Below are positions 35,822 through 46,900 of a stretch of DNA of 52,634 nt, piece by piece. Under the pieces are notes generated by a model. It saw only the letters and a list, made by a program, of their open reading frames with translations. It made no database searches and was not told the origin of the DNA. Location: positions 1 through 52,634 of the forward strand of contig CAMDWC010000001.1 in assembly GCA_945878825.1 (NCBI GenBank), given 5' to 3'. This DNA is from Haliscomenobacter hydrossis DSM 1100. GTDB taxonomy: Bacteria; Bacteroidota; Bacteroidia; Chitinophagales; Saprospiraceae. Position 1 is the first letter of the stretch; each line of letters begins with the position of its first letter. Position numbers and translations under genes: made by a program.

Positions 35822-37594
35822 ATGAATTTATCTATGTTGGACTGGGGCATCATCATTGCCTTTTTTGCCGTCACTTTGTTCATCGGATTGTATGCCTCCA
35901 AAGGAGCGGGAAAGAGTTATTCAGAATTCTTTCTTTCGGGAAGAGACATGCCCTGGTGGCTCCTTGGCGTTTCTATGGTGGCGACCACTTTTTCTGCAGA
36001 CACCCCAAATCTGGTTACAGATTTGGTAAGAACACACGGTGTAGCGGGTAACTGGTCCTGGTGGGCCTTTCTACTAACGGGTATGCTTACTGTGTTCGTG
36101 TACGCACGACTGTGGAGAAGATCGGGCGTTTTGACAGACTTAGAATTTTACGAACTTCGATACAGTGGAAAACCTGCCGCTTTTTTACGTGGATTCCGAG
36201 CCATCTATCTGGGTGTTTTCTTTAATGTCATGATAATGGCTACGGTTTCATTGGCAGCAATAAAAATTGGAGCCGTCATGCTCGATTTAAAACCGGTTGA
36301 AACCTTGCTAATCACCTCTATTATTACGGTAATTTATACTTCCATTGGCGGCTTAAAAGGCGTGGTACTCACCGATTTCTTTCAATTTATCCTTGCTATG
36401 GCGGGCATGGTCGTTGCTGCCGTATATATCGTAAATCTACCTGAGGTAGGTGGCTTGAGTAATATGCTCGCTCACCCTAATGTGACTGGGAAATTAAATT
36501 TTTTACCTGACTTTTCCGATTCCAAGCAATTAATACCCTTGTTTCTTATGCCTTTAGCCGTTCAATGGTGGAGTGTTTGGTACCCTGGTGCGGAACCTGG
36601 TGGCGGAGGTTATATTGCACAAAGGATGTTATCGGCAAAAGATGAGAAAAACGCGGTAACAGCTACCCTATTTTTCAATATAGCTCATTATGCCCTACGT
36701 CCATGGCCATGGATTCTTATAGCACTGGCAAGTTTGATTGTTTTTCCAGATATAGCCTCATTGCAAGCCGCTTTCCCACATATTGATCCTAAAGTGGTTA
36801 AAAATGACCTTGCTTTTTCGGCCATGCTTAATTTACTACCTGCCGGACTCATAGGTTTATTGATTGCCGCTTTACTTTCAGCTTTTATGTCCACCATTTC
36901 CACGCATTTAAACTGGGGATCAAGCTATGTAGTGAATGATTTTTACAAGCGATTTTTAAGACCCAATGCGCCTCAAAATGAATTAGTTAATGTAGGACGA
37001 ATCTCCACTGTTGTCTTGATGATTATGGCAGCTTTGTTGGCATTGGTTTTGGAAAATGCGCTTCAGGCTTTTAATATATTATTACAAATTGGTGCGGGTA
37101 CTGGCTTAATATTTATCCTTCGTTGGTTTTGGTGGAGAATTAACGCTTACAGCGAAATTACCGCTATGGTTGTTTCCTTTTTGCTAGCCTTATATTTTGA
37201 ACTGGGAATGGAAAATCCTCTTCCTGAACACATCAAGCTTTTGGCCGGCGTAGGTATTACTACCGTAGCCTGGGTGACGGTTACTTTTTTAACCGCTCCG
37301 TCATCACAAGAAACGATGCTTCGTTTTTTCAGATTAATTCAACCATCACCTGGCGGATGGAAACCTGTTATTGAAAAAGGTATTGCTTCGGGTGAACTCA
37401 ATGCGCAGGAGATTATACCAGGAAGACTACCTCAGCAAATTCTAGGTATGTTCCTCGGTTGTATTCTTGTTTATGCTGCCTTGTTTTCCATCGGATTTAT
37501 CCTTTACAGTAATATGATACCTGCTTTACTTAGTGGCTTTGTGGCCGTAATTAGTGGTTATCTATTGCTTAAAAACTGGGACAAAATCAATTAA
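35822..37594 (+). CDS. sodium:solute symporter family transporter
   Basis: 590 aa with ~13-14 TM helices. The FFLSGRDMPWW start and GGGYIAQR motif are typical of SSS transporters. Confidence 0.8.
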   Translation: MNLSMLDWGIIIAFFAVTLFIGLYASKGAGKSYSEFFLSGRDMPWWLLGVSMVATTFSADTPNLVTDLVRTHGVAGNWSWWAFLLTGMLTVFVYARLWRRSGVLTDLEFYELRYSGKPAAFLRGFRAIYLGVFFNVMIMATVSLAAIKIGAVMLDLKPVETLLITSIITVIYTSIGGLKGVVLTDFFQFILAMAGMVVAAVYIVNLPEVGGLSNMLAHPNVTGKLNFLPDFSDSKQLIPLFLMPLAVQWWSVWYPGAEPGGGGYIAQRMLSAKDEKNAVTATLFFNIAHYALRPWPWILIALASLIVFPDIASLQAAFPHIDPKVVKNDLAFSAMLNLLPAGLIGLLIAALLSAFMSTISTHLNWGSSYVVNDFYKRFLRPNAPQNELVNVGRISTVVLMIMAALLALVLENALQAFNILLQIGAGTGLIFILRWFWWRINAYSEITAMVVSFLLALYFELGMENPLPEHIKLLAGVGITTVAWVTVTFLTAPSSQETMLRFFRLIQPSPGGWKPVIEKGIASGELNAQEIIPGRLPQQILGMFLGCILVYAALFSIGFILYSNMIPALLSGFVAVISGYLLLKNWDKIN

Positions 37595-37629
37595 ATACCA
37601 GAAAAATTCTATTCTGAAGAATAAAAAAT

Positions 37630-37665
37630 AAAAGTAAAGGGTGACAAAAGTCACCCTTTACTTTT
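37630..37665. terminator. bidirectional rho-independent terminator
   Basis: Perfect 16-bp stem AAAAGTAAAGGGTGAC-AAAA-GTCACCCTTTACTTTT, flanked by A/T runs, between convergent transcription units. Confidence 0.7.
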
Positions 37666-37904
37666 ATTTACCATCCCTACATTTACACTAAAACGTAGTG
37701 GTATGACCTTACATCCACCCAAACAGCAGGCTATCCCAGATTGAAATAAATAACGTCTGTTATATCACTATCTACTTGTGCCCATTGTGGAGAACCCTGC
37801 CTACCCAAAGAGGAGCTAAAGATGTATGAAAAGTGAAAATTATAAAAACTATATAATTAAAGTTAAAAAGAGTTCCACGTGTCGAGAATGGGTTAAATAA
37901 ACGC

Positions 37905-39962
37905 CTATTTTGACCAAGAGATTATGCTCATTTCAAAAGGAGGAATGTTAATGTCAACTTCATAAGATCCATTCTTTTTAATTAAAAACGTTAATTTTTT
38001 ATCACTAATCAGTTCTCGACATTTTTTGAACTCAGGAGATACTGAAGAAGTTAGAATTTTACCTTTCCAAACTTGATCACTATTATTAGAGACAACTACA
38101 TTGAAGTGATTAGCATTTTTTGTACTGAGAAATTCAACGGGTAGGCCTTTGATTTTTGCGGGCTGTATATCAAAAAATACCTTATCAAATAAATGCACTG
38201 CAGCATTACTTATATCGAGCGGAGCCCCTTCAAACCAAGGAATCATAGAGGAAATTAATCTACCTTTTCCATATATTTTTTCAATCAGCAAAGGAGAACC
38301 ATTTGATGCAACTGCCAAGGCCTTTGCCTTTTTAAGAGTTGACCGAAAGTACCTAAAAGGTTCATTTTCCATCTTTCCATCATAAAAACGCCAGGCCTCA
38401 CCAAAACGAAGTGTGGATTCCATTTCAGCACCAGTAAAATCTGTATGAAGTGGCGTAAGAACACCAGCGGCACAAATAACTGTTGAACCCTTTTCCATTA
38501 TTCGTTTTAAACTTTTTATCATTTTTTCGTCAAGATTAACCTGATCAAGCAAAACAATAACTTTATATTGGGATAAAATATTCTCATCGACGCCAGCAGT
38601 GAAAACGTCAAAAATATCTCCCCAACGAGAATTCCCCATAGGACGGTAGAGAGAGGTTTCAATATCATTTATATTTAAGTTTTTTAATGCCTCGTCCTTA
38701 TTTTTAAATTGACCGAAAGGAACTGGATATTCAGCTTGGAAAACCTCGTTATGAGAAGGCGCAAATTCTTTGGAGATTCCGGAGAGGGCAAAGGAAGATC
38801 CGAGTGGATTTTCTGAATTATTTTTGCCAAAAGGAAAAGGATCCATATAAAAACCACTTCCAGGAAAAGCCAATGAAAAGAAACCATCTAACGCTCTTTG
38901 TCCTTGACGATAGGGAATTTTTGCGTAATTCCAAACTGTATTTGAGGTTCGCCAGTAAGGTGGGGTAATCCAGCCATGATCCTCAGGAACAATAATAGCT
39001 ACCGGTACTATGGGAGTTCCCCTTTCGTGTGCTTTGATAAATTTTCCAAAATTATCTAAACATTCAACAAATTCCGATGGCTTATTCGTTGATTTGTCAA
39101 AAAAAAGTTCACTTCCTTCAATCCGAAAATGTTCTGCTCCAGAAAACCAGGAAACGTATAAATGCCGTTTATGATAAAGATTAGGTAGATCCTGTATGCA
39201 GCCATTTATGGCTCCCCACCAAAGAGATAAGTCAATTCCCCACATTTTTTTATACTGTCGTGATGCGCCCCTAAAAAAAGCAATACCAGTTTGAAGATCA
39301 TCTACGTCGTCATTCGCTCGCTCAATGGACAAAAGATCAATTTCAGGTTGTTTGGCTAAAATGTGTGCGGTATTTGCAAAGCCAGCCACAGCCCAGTGAG
39401 GAATTTTGTCAGGATTTTCAGTAGCTTTTATAGATTTACGAAAATATTTTTCACACAATTCATAAGCTTCTCTATGTGTGACAGGTTTTAAAGTAAGAAA
39501 ATCCTGAGCGAGACCTACACCACAAGATTCATCCTCAAGGATATGTTGCCAAACAAATTTCCCGCCAGTGGCCTTCTTATATTTGTCAACAGTAAGAGGC
39601 ACATCTGGTATAGCTCTTTTTTTTTGGATGTAATACCTGCTAACGGTTTGTGGGTGTGAAAGTTGATACAAGACAATATGTAGCCCCTTAGCTTGTAATT
39701 CAGAAATCCTTGAGGCAGAAACATCGTGAAGTAATTCAACGCCCCAGGTATATCCACCTTGAATCATCCAATCAAGTAAGGGTGTAGATGCTTCAGATTC
39801 ACGCCATCCAAAAACAATACGGCAGGTATCTATTTCTTCGAAACCTTCTAATTTATTAATAATTCCAGTTGGTTTGCTTTTTGAAAAGTCAAAAGGTACA
39901 TTTTTATGTGTAAAAGATAAAATGAATAAAATCAAAAAACTAAAGTTCAAATTCATTTTCAA
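37905..39962 (-). CDS. PUL-encoded hypothetical protein, possibly distant GH42-like glycosidase
   Basis: 685 aa with a signal peptide. The N-terminal region is alternating alpha/beta, TIM-barrel-like. YKVIVLLDQVNLDEKMIKSLKRIMEKGSTVICAAG resembles the GH42 middle (GATase-like) domain. No firm family. Confidence 0.35.
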   Translation of the reverse strand: MKMNLNFSFLILFILSFTHKNVPFDFSKSKPTGIINKLEGFEEIDTCRIVFGWRESEASTPLLDWMIQGGYTWGVELLHDVSASRISELQAKGLHIVLYQLSHPQTVSRYYIQKKRAIPDVPLTVDKYKKATGGKFVWQHILEDESCGVGLAQDFLTLKPVTHREAYELCEKYFRKSIKATENPDKIPHWAVAGFANTAHILAKQPEIDLLSIERANDDVDDLQTGIAFFRGASRQYKKMWGIDLSLWWGAINGCIQDLPNLYHKRHLYVSWFSGAEHFRIEGSELFFDKSTNKPSEFVECLDNFGKFIKAHERGTPIVPVAIIVPEDHGWITPPYWRTSNTVWNYAKIPYRQGQRALDGFFSLAFPGSGFYMDPFPFGKNNSENPLGSSFALSGISKEFAPSHNEVFQAEYPVPFGQFKNKDEALKNLNINDIETSLYRPMGNSRWGDIFDVFTAGVDENILSQYKVIVLLDQVNLDEKMIKSLKRIMEKGSTVICAAGVLTPLHTDFTGAEMESTLRFGEAWRFYDGKMENEPFRYFRSTLKKAKALAVASNGSPLLIEKIYGKGRLISSMIPWFEGAPLDISNAAVHLFDKVFFDIQPAKIKGLPVEFLSTKNANHFNVVVSNNSDQVWKGKILTSSVSPEFKKCRELISDKKLTFLIKKNGSYEVDINIPPFEMSIISWSK

Positions 39963-40367
39963 GTTTTTTTAGGAAAATGATAAATTATATTCAAAAATTT
40001 ATCAATGGGAAGAAATCAATAGCTCATTCAAACCAAACTCATCGAAAAATGATTATTGCCCATTATAAAATAATCGATGTTATGTTTACACTACTTAGAA
40101 CAGAAAACCTCTATCTCTTCAAAGACCAAAAATTAGAGGAAATTAAGCAATTCTTTCACCTAACTGCCATTTAATAATTTGTGCGCGGGTTGATAATCAT
40201 GTTTTTTCGATGCTGTGGAGAAGCAGAAAAAACATTGAAGATTTGTTGAACTTACCCAAAATGCTTACTAAAATACAAATGTTTTTTAGCAAAACACTTT
40301 ATCATCAGCACAAAAATAACAACGATATGAATTAATTGACCTTATGGCACGATTCATTACGAGGAAA

Positions 40368-41684
40368 TCATTTTTTCCATGTGTAAATCAGTGCATCTCC
40401 TGGTCTGATATTAATGTGAGGTTCCGCATTTACGGCTACTCCAGTTTTAAGAATTCTTTTAACGGAAGGTTCTACCTCAATAAATGTATCCGCATTTTTT
40501 TCAAAATCCCTATTTACCACAACTAAATAGTTGTCATCATTTTTACTCAATAAGGCTAAAAGGATTGGAATAGAGGTCTGAATTTTTTTTATCTGCGTTG
40601 GAAGGATAACCGTTTTTTTTGATGTTACAGTAATAGATACTGCGGGATCATCTTTTTGATAATTATGATGTTGTGTCCATTCAACCGTAGCATTTGCAAA
40701 AACAAAAGAAAGATTCTTTATTTCGTTATTTATATTTTTCAATTGTGTGTAAAACTCAGTGGTATCTCCATTGGCATTTACAGGAGTATTTACGTAATCG
40801 GCTGTTCCTTTAGGGACACTATAGGTAAAATATTCAATTCCCTGCGCACCGTAGGCTAGGTTAACAAAAACCTGAGCTCTTAAATTAGATAACGTTGCTG
40901 TTGGATAACTTAAATGTTTTGCTGTAACAGCGAATCCCCACCATTTTTTACCTAATTTTTTAGCGTGATTTGCTTCAATTTCAGTAGCTAAAAACCAATT
41001 ATTGTAATTTGCGGGAGCTATACTGTATGGCCAGGTCGGATAATAATCAAAAGACAAAATTTTTCTATCTAAACCAGCATCCAGATATTCAATATCCTCT
41101 AAAGGAATATAATTATTTGTAACATAAAGAATATGATCTTTATTCGGATCCAAAGCCCTGACCGCTTTTGCATGAGCTATAGCCTCATCAATTGTTCCTG
41201 TGAAATTATTTTTATTCCTTTGAGGTTCATCCATGATAGAATAACCTAAAAGGGCTGGATGATTTTTAAATTTTTGAATTGTCTCCGCGAGTTTAGGGTG
41301 ATTTGGTTGCGTGTCTTCACTATGAAGGATGGTTTTAATTCCAAGCTCTTGACTAAATTTCAAGACCAATTCCAACTGTTCAGAATTCTGGTAGAGATTG
41401 TAATTAATTGTAAGCCCACAATTTTTAAAATCTTCAAATCTTTTCCTTGTAAGTTGATCATATTGAACGCCACACCACGCCACACGTTCTATCTGATCTG
41501 CAGATGGTGCTAAAGGTTTAGTTCCTAGTAAGTCGTCAGACATTACAACGGCCAACGGCTTTACTATTTTAATCTCCTCCTTTTGTGCACATGAAAAAAA
41601 ATATAATAACAAAATTGAAAAGGAATAAACTATAAAACCACCATTGGTTTTAATTTGTATTTTATCATTTTTAATTAGAAACAT
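40368..41684 (-). CDS. PUL-encoded lipoprotein, putative clan GH-A TIM-barrel glycosidase
   Basis: 438 aa with the lipobox FFSC. HPALLGYSIMDEPQ resembles the GH-A acid/base NEP strand, and GAQGIEYFTY is a possible nucleophile strand. Confidence 0.4.
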   Translation of the reverse strand: MFLIKNDKIQIKTNGGFIVYSFSILLLYFFSCAQKEEIKIVKPLAVVMSDDLLGTKPLAPSADQIERVAWCGVQYDQLTRKRFEDFKNCGLTINYNLYQNSEQLELVLKFSQELGIKTILHSEDTQPNHPKLAETIQKFKNHPALLGYSIMDEPQRNKNNFTGTIDEAIAHAKAVRALDPNKDHILYVTNNYIPLEDIEYLDAGLDRKILSFDYYPTWPYSIAPANYNNWFLATEIEANHAKKLGKKWWGFAVTAKHLSYPTATLSNLRAQVFVNLAYGAQGIEYFTYSVPKGTADYVNTPVNANGDTTEFYTQLKNINNEIKNLSFVFANATVEWTQHHNYQKDDPAVSITVTSKKTVILPTQIKKIQTSIPILLALLSKNDDNYLVVVNRDFEKNADTFIEVEPSVKRILKTGVAVNAEPHINIRPGDALIYTWKK

Positions 41685-41776
41685 ATCGTCGTAAATTTAA
41701 AATATTTATTTTAAGACAAATTCGAATTTTAACCACGTTCAAATTGACACTTATTTGTCATTGAGCATTTAAAAAA

Positions 41777-41815
41777 GGGGTCGATAAAAATTTAAGCCTT
41801 ACTTTTTTCGACCCC
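41777..41815 (-). terminator. putative terminator/attenuator after susD-like gene
   Basis: GGGGTCGA ... TCGACCCC stem (41777-41784 / 41808-41815) with a large AT loop, followed on the minus strand by TTTTTT. Confidence 0.4.
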
Positions 41816-41827
41816 TAAAGTCAATTT

Positions 41828-43894
41828 TTAATAATACCCTGGATTTTGTTCTTCGGCAATAGGTCTTGGATTTCTTAAGCGATCGATATGGGTTTGTGGA
41901 ATGGGTCGCAATAAATACTTTCCATTACCCGCTGCCACATTTGTTTTTGCGTCATTAAGAGGATGGAATTTAGCCACGTATTCTATGAGTTTCTCACAAC
42001 GGGTAAGATCTACCCAACGATTTAATTCACCTGAGAGTTCTCTTTCTCTTTCATCGAGAAAGAACGCTACTGTTTTATCTAATGAATTTATATCTGTCAC
42101 TTTAATTTTATTTTCAGCTGAAAAATCGCCTGTTGGAGACCCCCCGTGAACCTCTACAACTTGCCATGGCCTGACTTCACCGTTTTTCCAAGCTGCTCTC
42201 TCTCTGACCACATTTGTTCTCGCTACAGCCAAATCATATTTTCCTGCACGAGCATATGCCTCAGCTGCAATAAGATAAGTTTCTGCCAAGCGCGCAAGAA
42301 TAATATCTTTAGTTGACCTTGTAGCTGATGCATTATTATCGAATGTTGCCGTACTGTTATAGCGCTCATTGTCGGCATATTTTATGAGTGACGGAATGTA
42401 GGCTGTGCGATCTTCCACTCGTTGTTGCTGATAATCATCTGATTGTTGCAAAGTAAAGACAAAATATCTTTTCTTGTATTTACTCTTTAATTTATCCAAC
42501 GAGAGACGCTCCGGTGTAAAGGACACACAAGTATCATTTAAGAGAAACCGTTTCTGACCGGGAACGAATACTGCATCCAAACCCCAGTTATAAGTATTTC
42601 TATCAGAAGGATTATTATTTTGCCATGAATGAGCGCTATTAGATTTCCATGCAAAATGAGTAAATCTAAAGGATTTATACATTCTTGAATCGTATCTGTT
42701 AAAATCGGACGTAGTATTTAAACCTTCATTTTCCCCTTCATGTACAGTTGGGCTGTAGCCAAATATATCAAAACAGTGAGGGGTGGGGTTAGTGTAAACC
42801 CATCGGCCTAATAGATAGTGTCTGCTGGTACTTAAACCATCAAAATTAATTTTCTGATAACCGGACGCACACCAGGCAAAGCGCGCATTTTCATTTCCCC
42901 TGTCAATTGGATAAGTACCTTCATTTGACATAAAGCCAGCACCATCGTCTCCAAATCCATTTAATTCGAAATTTTTGGAATACTTGATTACCCAAATTCT
43001 CTCTTTACTTGCCTGAGCAGAACGGTCTGGGGTCATGGAATAAGCATTATTGAAATCAAAAACCTTATTAAAGTTACTTTCCAATACAAATTGTTTAGAA
43101 TTAATCACTAGATCTGCAAAATATGCAGCACTATCGGCGTCCGAGCTCTGGGTTTCCCTACGAATTTTTTCTTTTGCAGAGATTGCACTAGCCCTTTCTA
43201 AATAAGTTTTAGCAAGAAAATGCTGCGCTGCTTGTTTGCTCAATCTGCCATATTCGACGTTATTGAAATCTTTCATAAGTGCCTGTGCATTTCTAAAATC
43301 ATCAATAATCTGTTTATAAACATCCGCTAAAGGAGATCTTTTAATATCGTCCACGGCTTCATCACTTGCTTTTATGGGCATTGGAATAGCACCAAATTGT
43401 TCGGCGAGCAACAAAAGAGTATAGGCTCTAAAAAAGTATCCCTCCCCAAGTGCCTGATCATATTCAGTAGATTTTTTATAGATTGAATTTCTTGGGATAC
43501 TCGGCATATTTGTAATTACAATATTTGCACTATAAAGCATTCTGTAATTAACTTCCCAAAAAATCTTAATGGTCTCGGCATCCAAGGAATTGATTGCACT
43601 AGAATAATTATCAAAAGCCTGATTTGCAGTATTATTGTTTCCTGAAACTCCCCACCACGTATCCGTTCCATATTGATTCATTCTTAAAAATGATTGGGAA
43701 GCTCCAGATCCTTGCCATCTCATGCGGGAATACATTGAATTTACTAAGGCATTTATGCCATTTTCAGAAGTATAATAATCAGATGACACTTTAGAAATCA
43801 CCGGTTCTTCCAAAAAGTCCTTACAACCTTGTAAAAGGCAAAGAGTTGCAGGAATCAAAAGAAGGAAGAACAGTTTCATATTTTTATTTTTCAT
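41828..43894 (-). CDS. SusD/RagB-family nutrient-binding outer-membrane lipoprotein
   Basis: 688 aa with the lipobox LLQGC, TPR-like helical N-terminal half, and the C-terminal ...QNPGYY typical of SusD homologs. It lies immediately downstream of SusC. Confidence 0.9.
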   Translation of the reverse strand: MKNKNMKLFFLLLIPATLCLLQGCKDFLEEPVISKVSSDYYTSENGINALVNSMYSRMRWQGSGASQSFLRMNQYGTDTWWGVSGNNNTANQAFDNYSSAINSLDAETIKIFWEVNYRMLYSANIVITNMPSIPRNSIYKKSTEYDQALGEGYFFRAYTLLLLAEQFGAIPMPIKASDEAVDDIKRSPLADVYKQIIDDFRNAQALMKDFNNVEYGRLSKQAAQHFLAKTYLERASAISAKEKIRRETQSSDADSAAYFADLVINSKQFVLESNFNKVFDFNNAYSMTPDRSAQASKERIWVIKYSKNFELNGFGDDGAGFMSNEGTYPIDRGNENARFAWCASGYQKINFDGLSTSRHYLLGRWVYTNPTPHCFDIFGYSPTVHEGENEGLNTTSDFNRYDSRMYKSFRFTHFAWKSNSAHSWQNNNPSDRNTYNWGLDAVFVPGQKRFLLNDTCVSFTPERLSLDKLKSKYKKRYFVFTLQQSDDYQQQRVEDRTAYIPSLIKYADNERYNSTATFDNNASATRSTKDIILARLAETYLIAAEAYARAGKYDLAVARTNVVRERAAWKNGEVRPWQVVEVHGGSPTGDFSAENKIKVTDINSLDKTVAFFLDERERELSGELNRWVDLTRCEKLIEYVAKFHPLNDAKTNVAAGNGKYLLRPIPQTHIDRLRNPRPIAEEQNPGYY

Positions 43895-43918
43895 GATTTT
43901 TAATTTTAAAATGAGTGT

Positions 43919-46900
43919 TTAGAAACCAACAGATAAACCAAACATAGTTGAAGTGGGTTGCGGAAGATCGCCAATACCAGGGGCATATTCGGGATCGGTA
44001 CCAATAAAACGTTTATTTTTCAAAATTAAGTAAGGATTTTGAACTGCTACATAGGCACTGAGTTTACTCAATCTAAGCTGCTTTATTAATTTTGAAGGAA
44101 AATTAAAATTCAGATTTACATTTCTCAATCTAAAATAAGAACCATCAACGAAGGCTATTGCATAGGTTTCATTTGGTTGGCCAACACGTAATCTTGGAAA
44201 AGTGGCATCTTTATTACCCGGCGTCCAATAATTTACCACCGGTGCATTATCTCTATCTGAATTCAAGGTACCGTAGTTCATTCCTATTATATTCCCATAT
44301 TTACCATAGAACATGAAAGTAAAATCAAGACCTTTATAGGATAATGTATTCGTTATAGCTCCTATAAATTTAGGACGAATTTGCCCAAGAATCATACGAT
44401 CTGCCGCAGTGATTTTATTATCCCCGTTGAGGTCACGAACTAAAACGTCACCACTTTTATATTTAATCAACCCTTCCGCCTTATTTTTTACATCGATTAT
44501 AGCTTGATCCTCCGAATCTGCCAATGGATCCAAAATTTTAATATAATCATAAAAATAAAGGACATTCAAAGGTTGCCCTATAAACCAACCGTTATCTATA
44601 TCATCACCAACTTTATATATTTTATCAATAGCTTCCTTATTAAAAGAGAAAGTCAAATCTGTAGTCCATCTGAAATCCTTTTGTTTAAAAAGTGTACTGC
44701 TTAATAAAACCTCAATCCCTTTATTTAACGTTTGTCCAATATTTTGAACAATGTCCTCTAATCCAGCGGCGGCAACGGGAAGTTTTCTTGGCATGATCAG
44801 GTCCGTTGTCTTTGATGAATAGATATCCACCGTTCCAGAAACGAATCCTTTAAATATTTCGAAGTCAAGTCCTACATTATACTGCCCTGTTTTCTCCCAC
44901 TTAAGGATAGTATTAAGTGTTCTTGGGGCATAACCAAAAAGAGGTGTTTCTAAACCTCCTAACGATTGTTGGAAGAGATAAGCCGTTTTTCTTAGCGAAC
45001 CAAGCGTTTGACCCGGAGATACTGCAGAATTACCCGTAACACCATAGCCGACTCGCAACTTCAACTGATCTATAAATTCAATATTTTTAAATAAGTTTTC
45101 CTCGTTTAATTTCCAGGCGAAGGCAAAGGATGGAAAATAATCGTACTTATTTCCCCTTGAAAATACGGAAGATCCGTCAATTCGCAAAGAACCTGTAAGT
45201 AGATATTTATTTAAGTAACTGTAATTGAAACGACCAAGATAGGAAAGAAGAGATGATTTATTTATCGAGGATGACACCCTCCTATTATCAGGATAACCTG
45301 CCATATTATACCATTTCTGGTAAGGAATTTCATTATTATCTGCGCCAAAATAAAGGCCTTTATCCGTAAAAGTTTGAAAACTGTTCAATAAGGTAGCAGA
45401 AAAGGAGTGATTTGGACCTAGATCAGGATTAATATTAATTATATTTTCCATCAGATAGCTATAGCTTGATGAAACAGCATAATCTGCTCTGTTTACACCA
45501 ATACCTAATGCTGATTTATTTCCCAAACCCCAGGAGGAAAACTGACCGTTAAACTCCCCATCACTAGCAAATGAGCCATCAAAAGAAACTTGAAGTTTAT
45601 AAGAAAGCATTCTACCTAATTTGATATTAGAAGTCAAAGTCTCCAAAAACCTGTAACTGCTTGCTTCCCTCGTACGACCGTCTTGATTTAAAAGGGGATT
45701 TAAAAAAGACCCAATGCCCGAATCATTACCCGGAAGCATATTTATGCTGCCGTCTTCAAGGAAAGGCTTTGATATGGGTATCAAATTAAAACTTACATTA
45801 TTTCTTCCACCAAAGGTAGTATTCCCATATCCCTTGCTCGGATTTTGAGCATGCGTATTTGAGGAAGAGAAAGTGATAGTCCACCAATTTTTAACGGCAT
45901 AATCTATATTTGCCCTAAAGCTAAACCTTTGATATTCGTCAAATATTCCAAAACCCTTATTTTTATAATAGCCACCTGCCATAAATGTTCTCAAGTTTTT
46001 TTCACCTCCGGTAAAGCTTAGCTGATGATCTGTAACCATCCCTTGACGAAAAAGGATGTCTTGCCAGTTGGTTCCATCTAATTTTTCTGGATTATAATTG
46101 CCTCCCGCCCAAGCCGCGTCAATAAAAGATCTTGTATATGGATCGAAAGGAATGCCGCCGACAGACCCATTTGAGTAAGGCCTCATTATCTTATCAGCCG
46201 AATAGGTAGGGAAATTAGGGTCTGCGTAAAGACCTTGGCTCCAATTAAACCATCTGTTTCTTTGCAAATATTGCGCCGAATTCATGTAAGGTTGCAAATT
46301 TGCGGCAGTTTGAATACCATAAAAGGAATTATATTCAAATTTGCCTACGGAGTTGTATTCCCCCCTTTTTGTAGTAACCAAGACAACACCATTGGCTGCC
46401 CTTGACCCGTAAACAGCTGTGGCGGATGCATCTTTAAGGATTTCCATACTCTGAATATCAGAAACCGGAAAATCACTGAGATCACCTCCAGCAATTGGAA
46501 CCCCATCGACAACAAGTAATGGGGCGTTAGAAGCCAGGATGGACCTTTTACCTCTTATAAGCAGGGAGGAAGATCCGCCTGGTAAATTATTTTCAGAGAC
46601 CAAAACACCTGCTACTTTTCCCAATATGGCTTTAGTGGCATCATTGAATGCCATTTTAGACATATCTTTTTGTTTTACAGTGGCCACCGACCCAGTTAGA
46701 TCCCTTTTCTTAGAAGTACCATATCCTATCACCACAACCTCTTCCAAACCAATTGATTCCTCTTCCATCATTACGTTGAATACCGTCTGATTGCCAACCG
46801 CCAATTCCAATGTTTTTAATCCAATAAAAGAAAATTGCAGCGAGGCCCCTTCCGGAACATTATTTAAAGAATAATTTCCGTCGGCGTCTGTCACAGTTCC

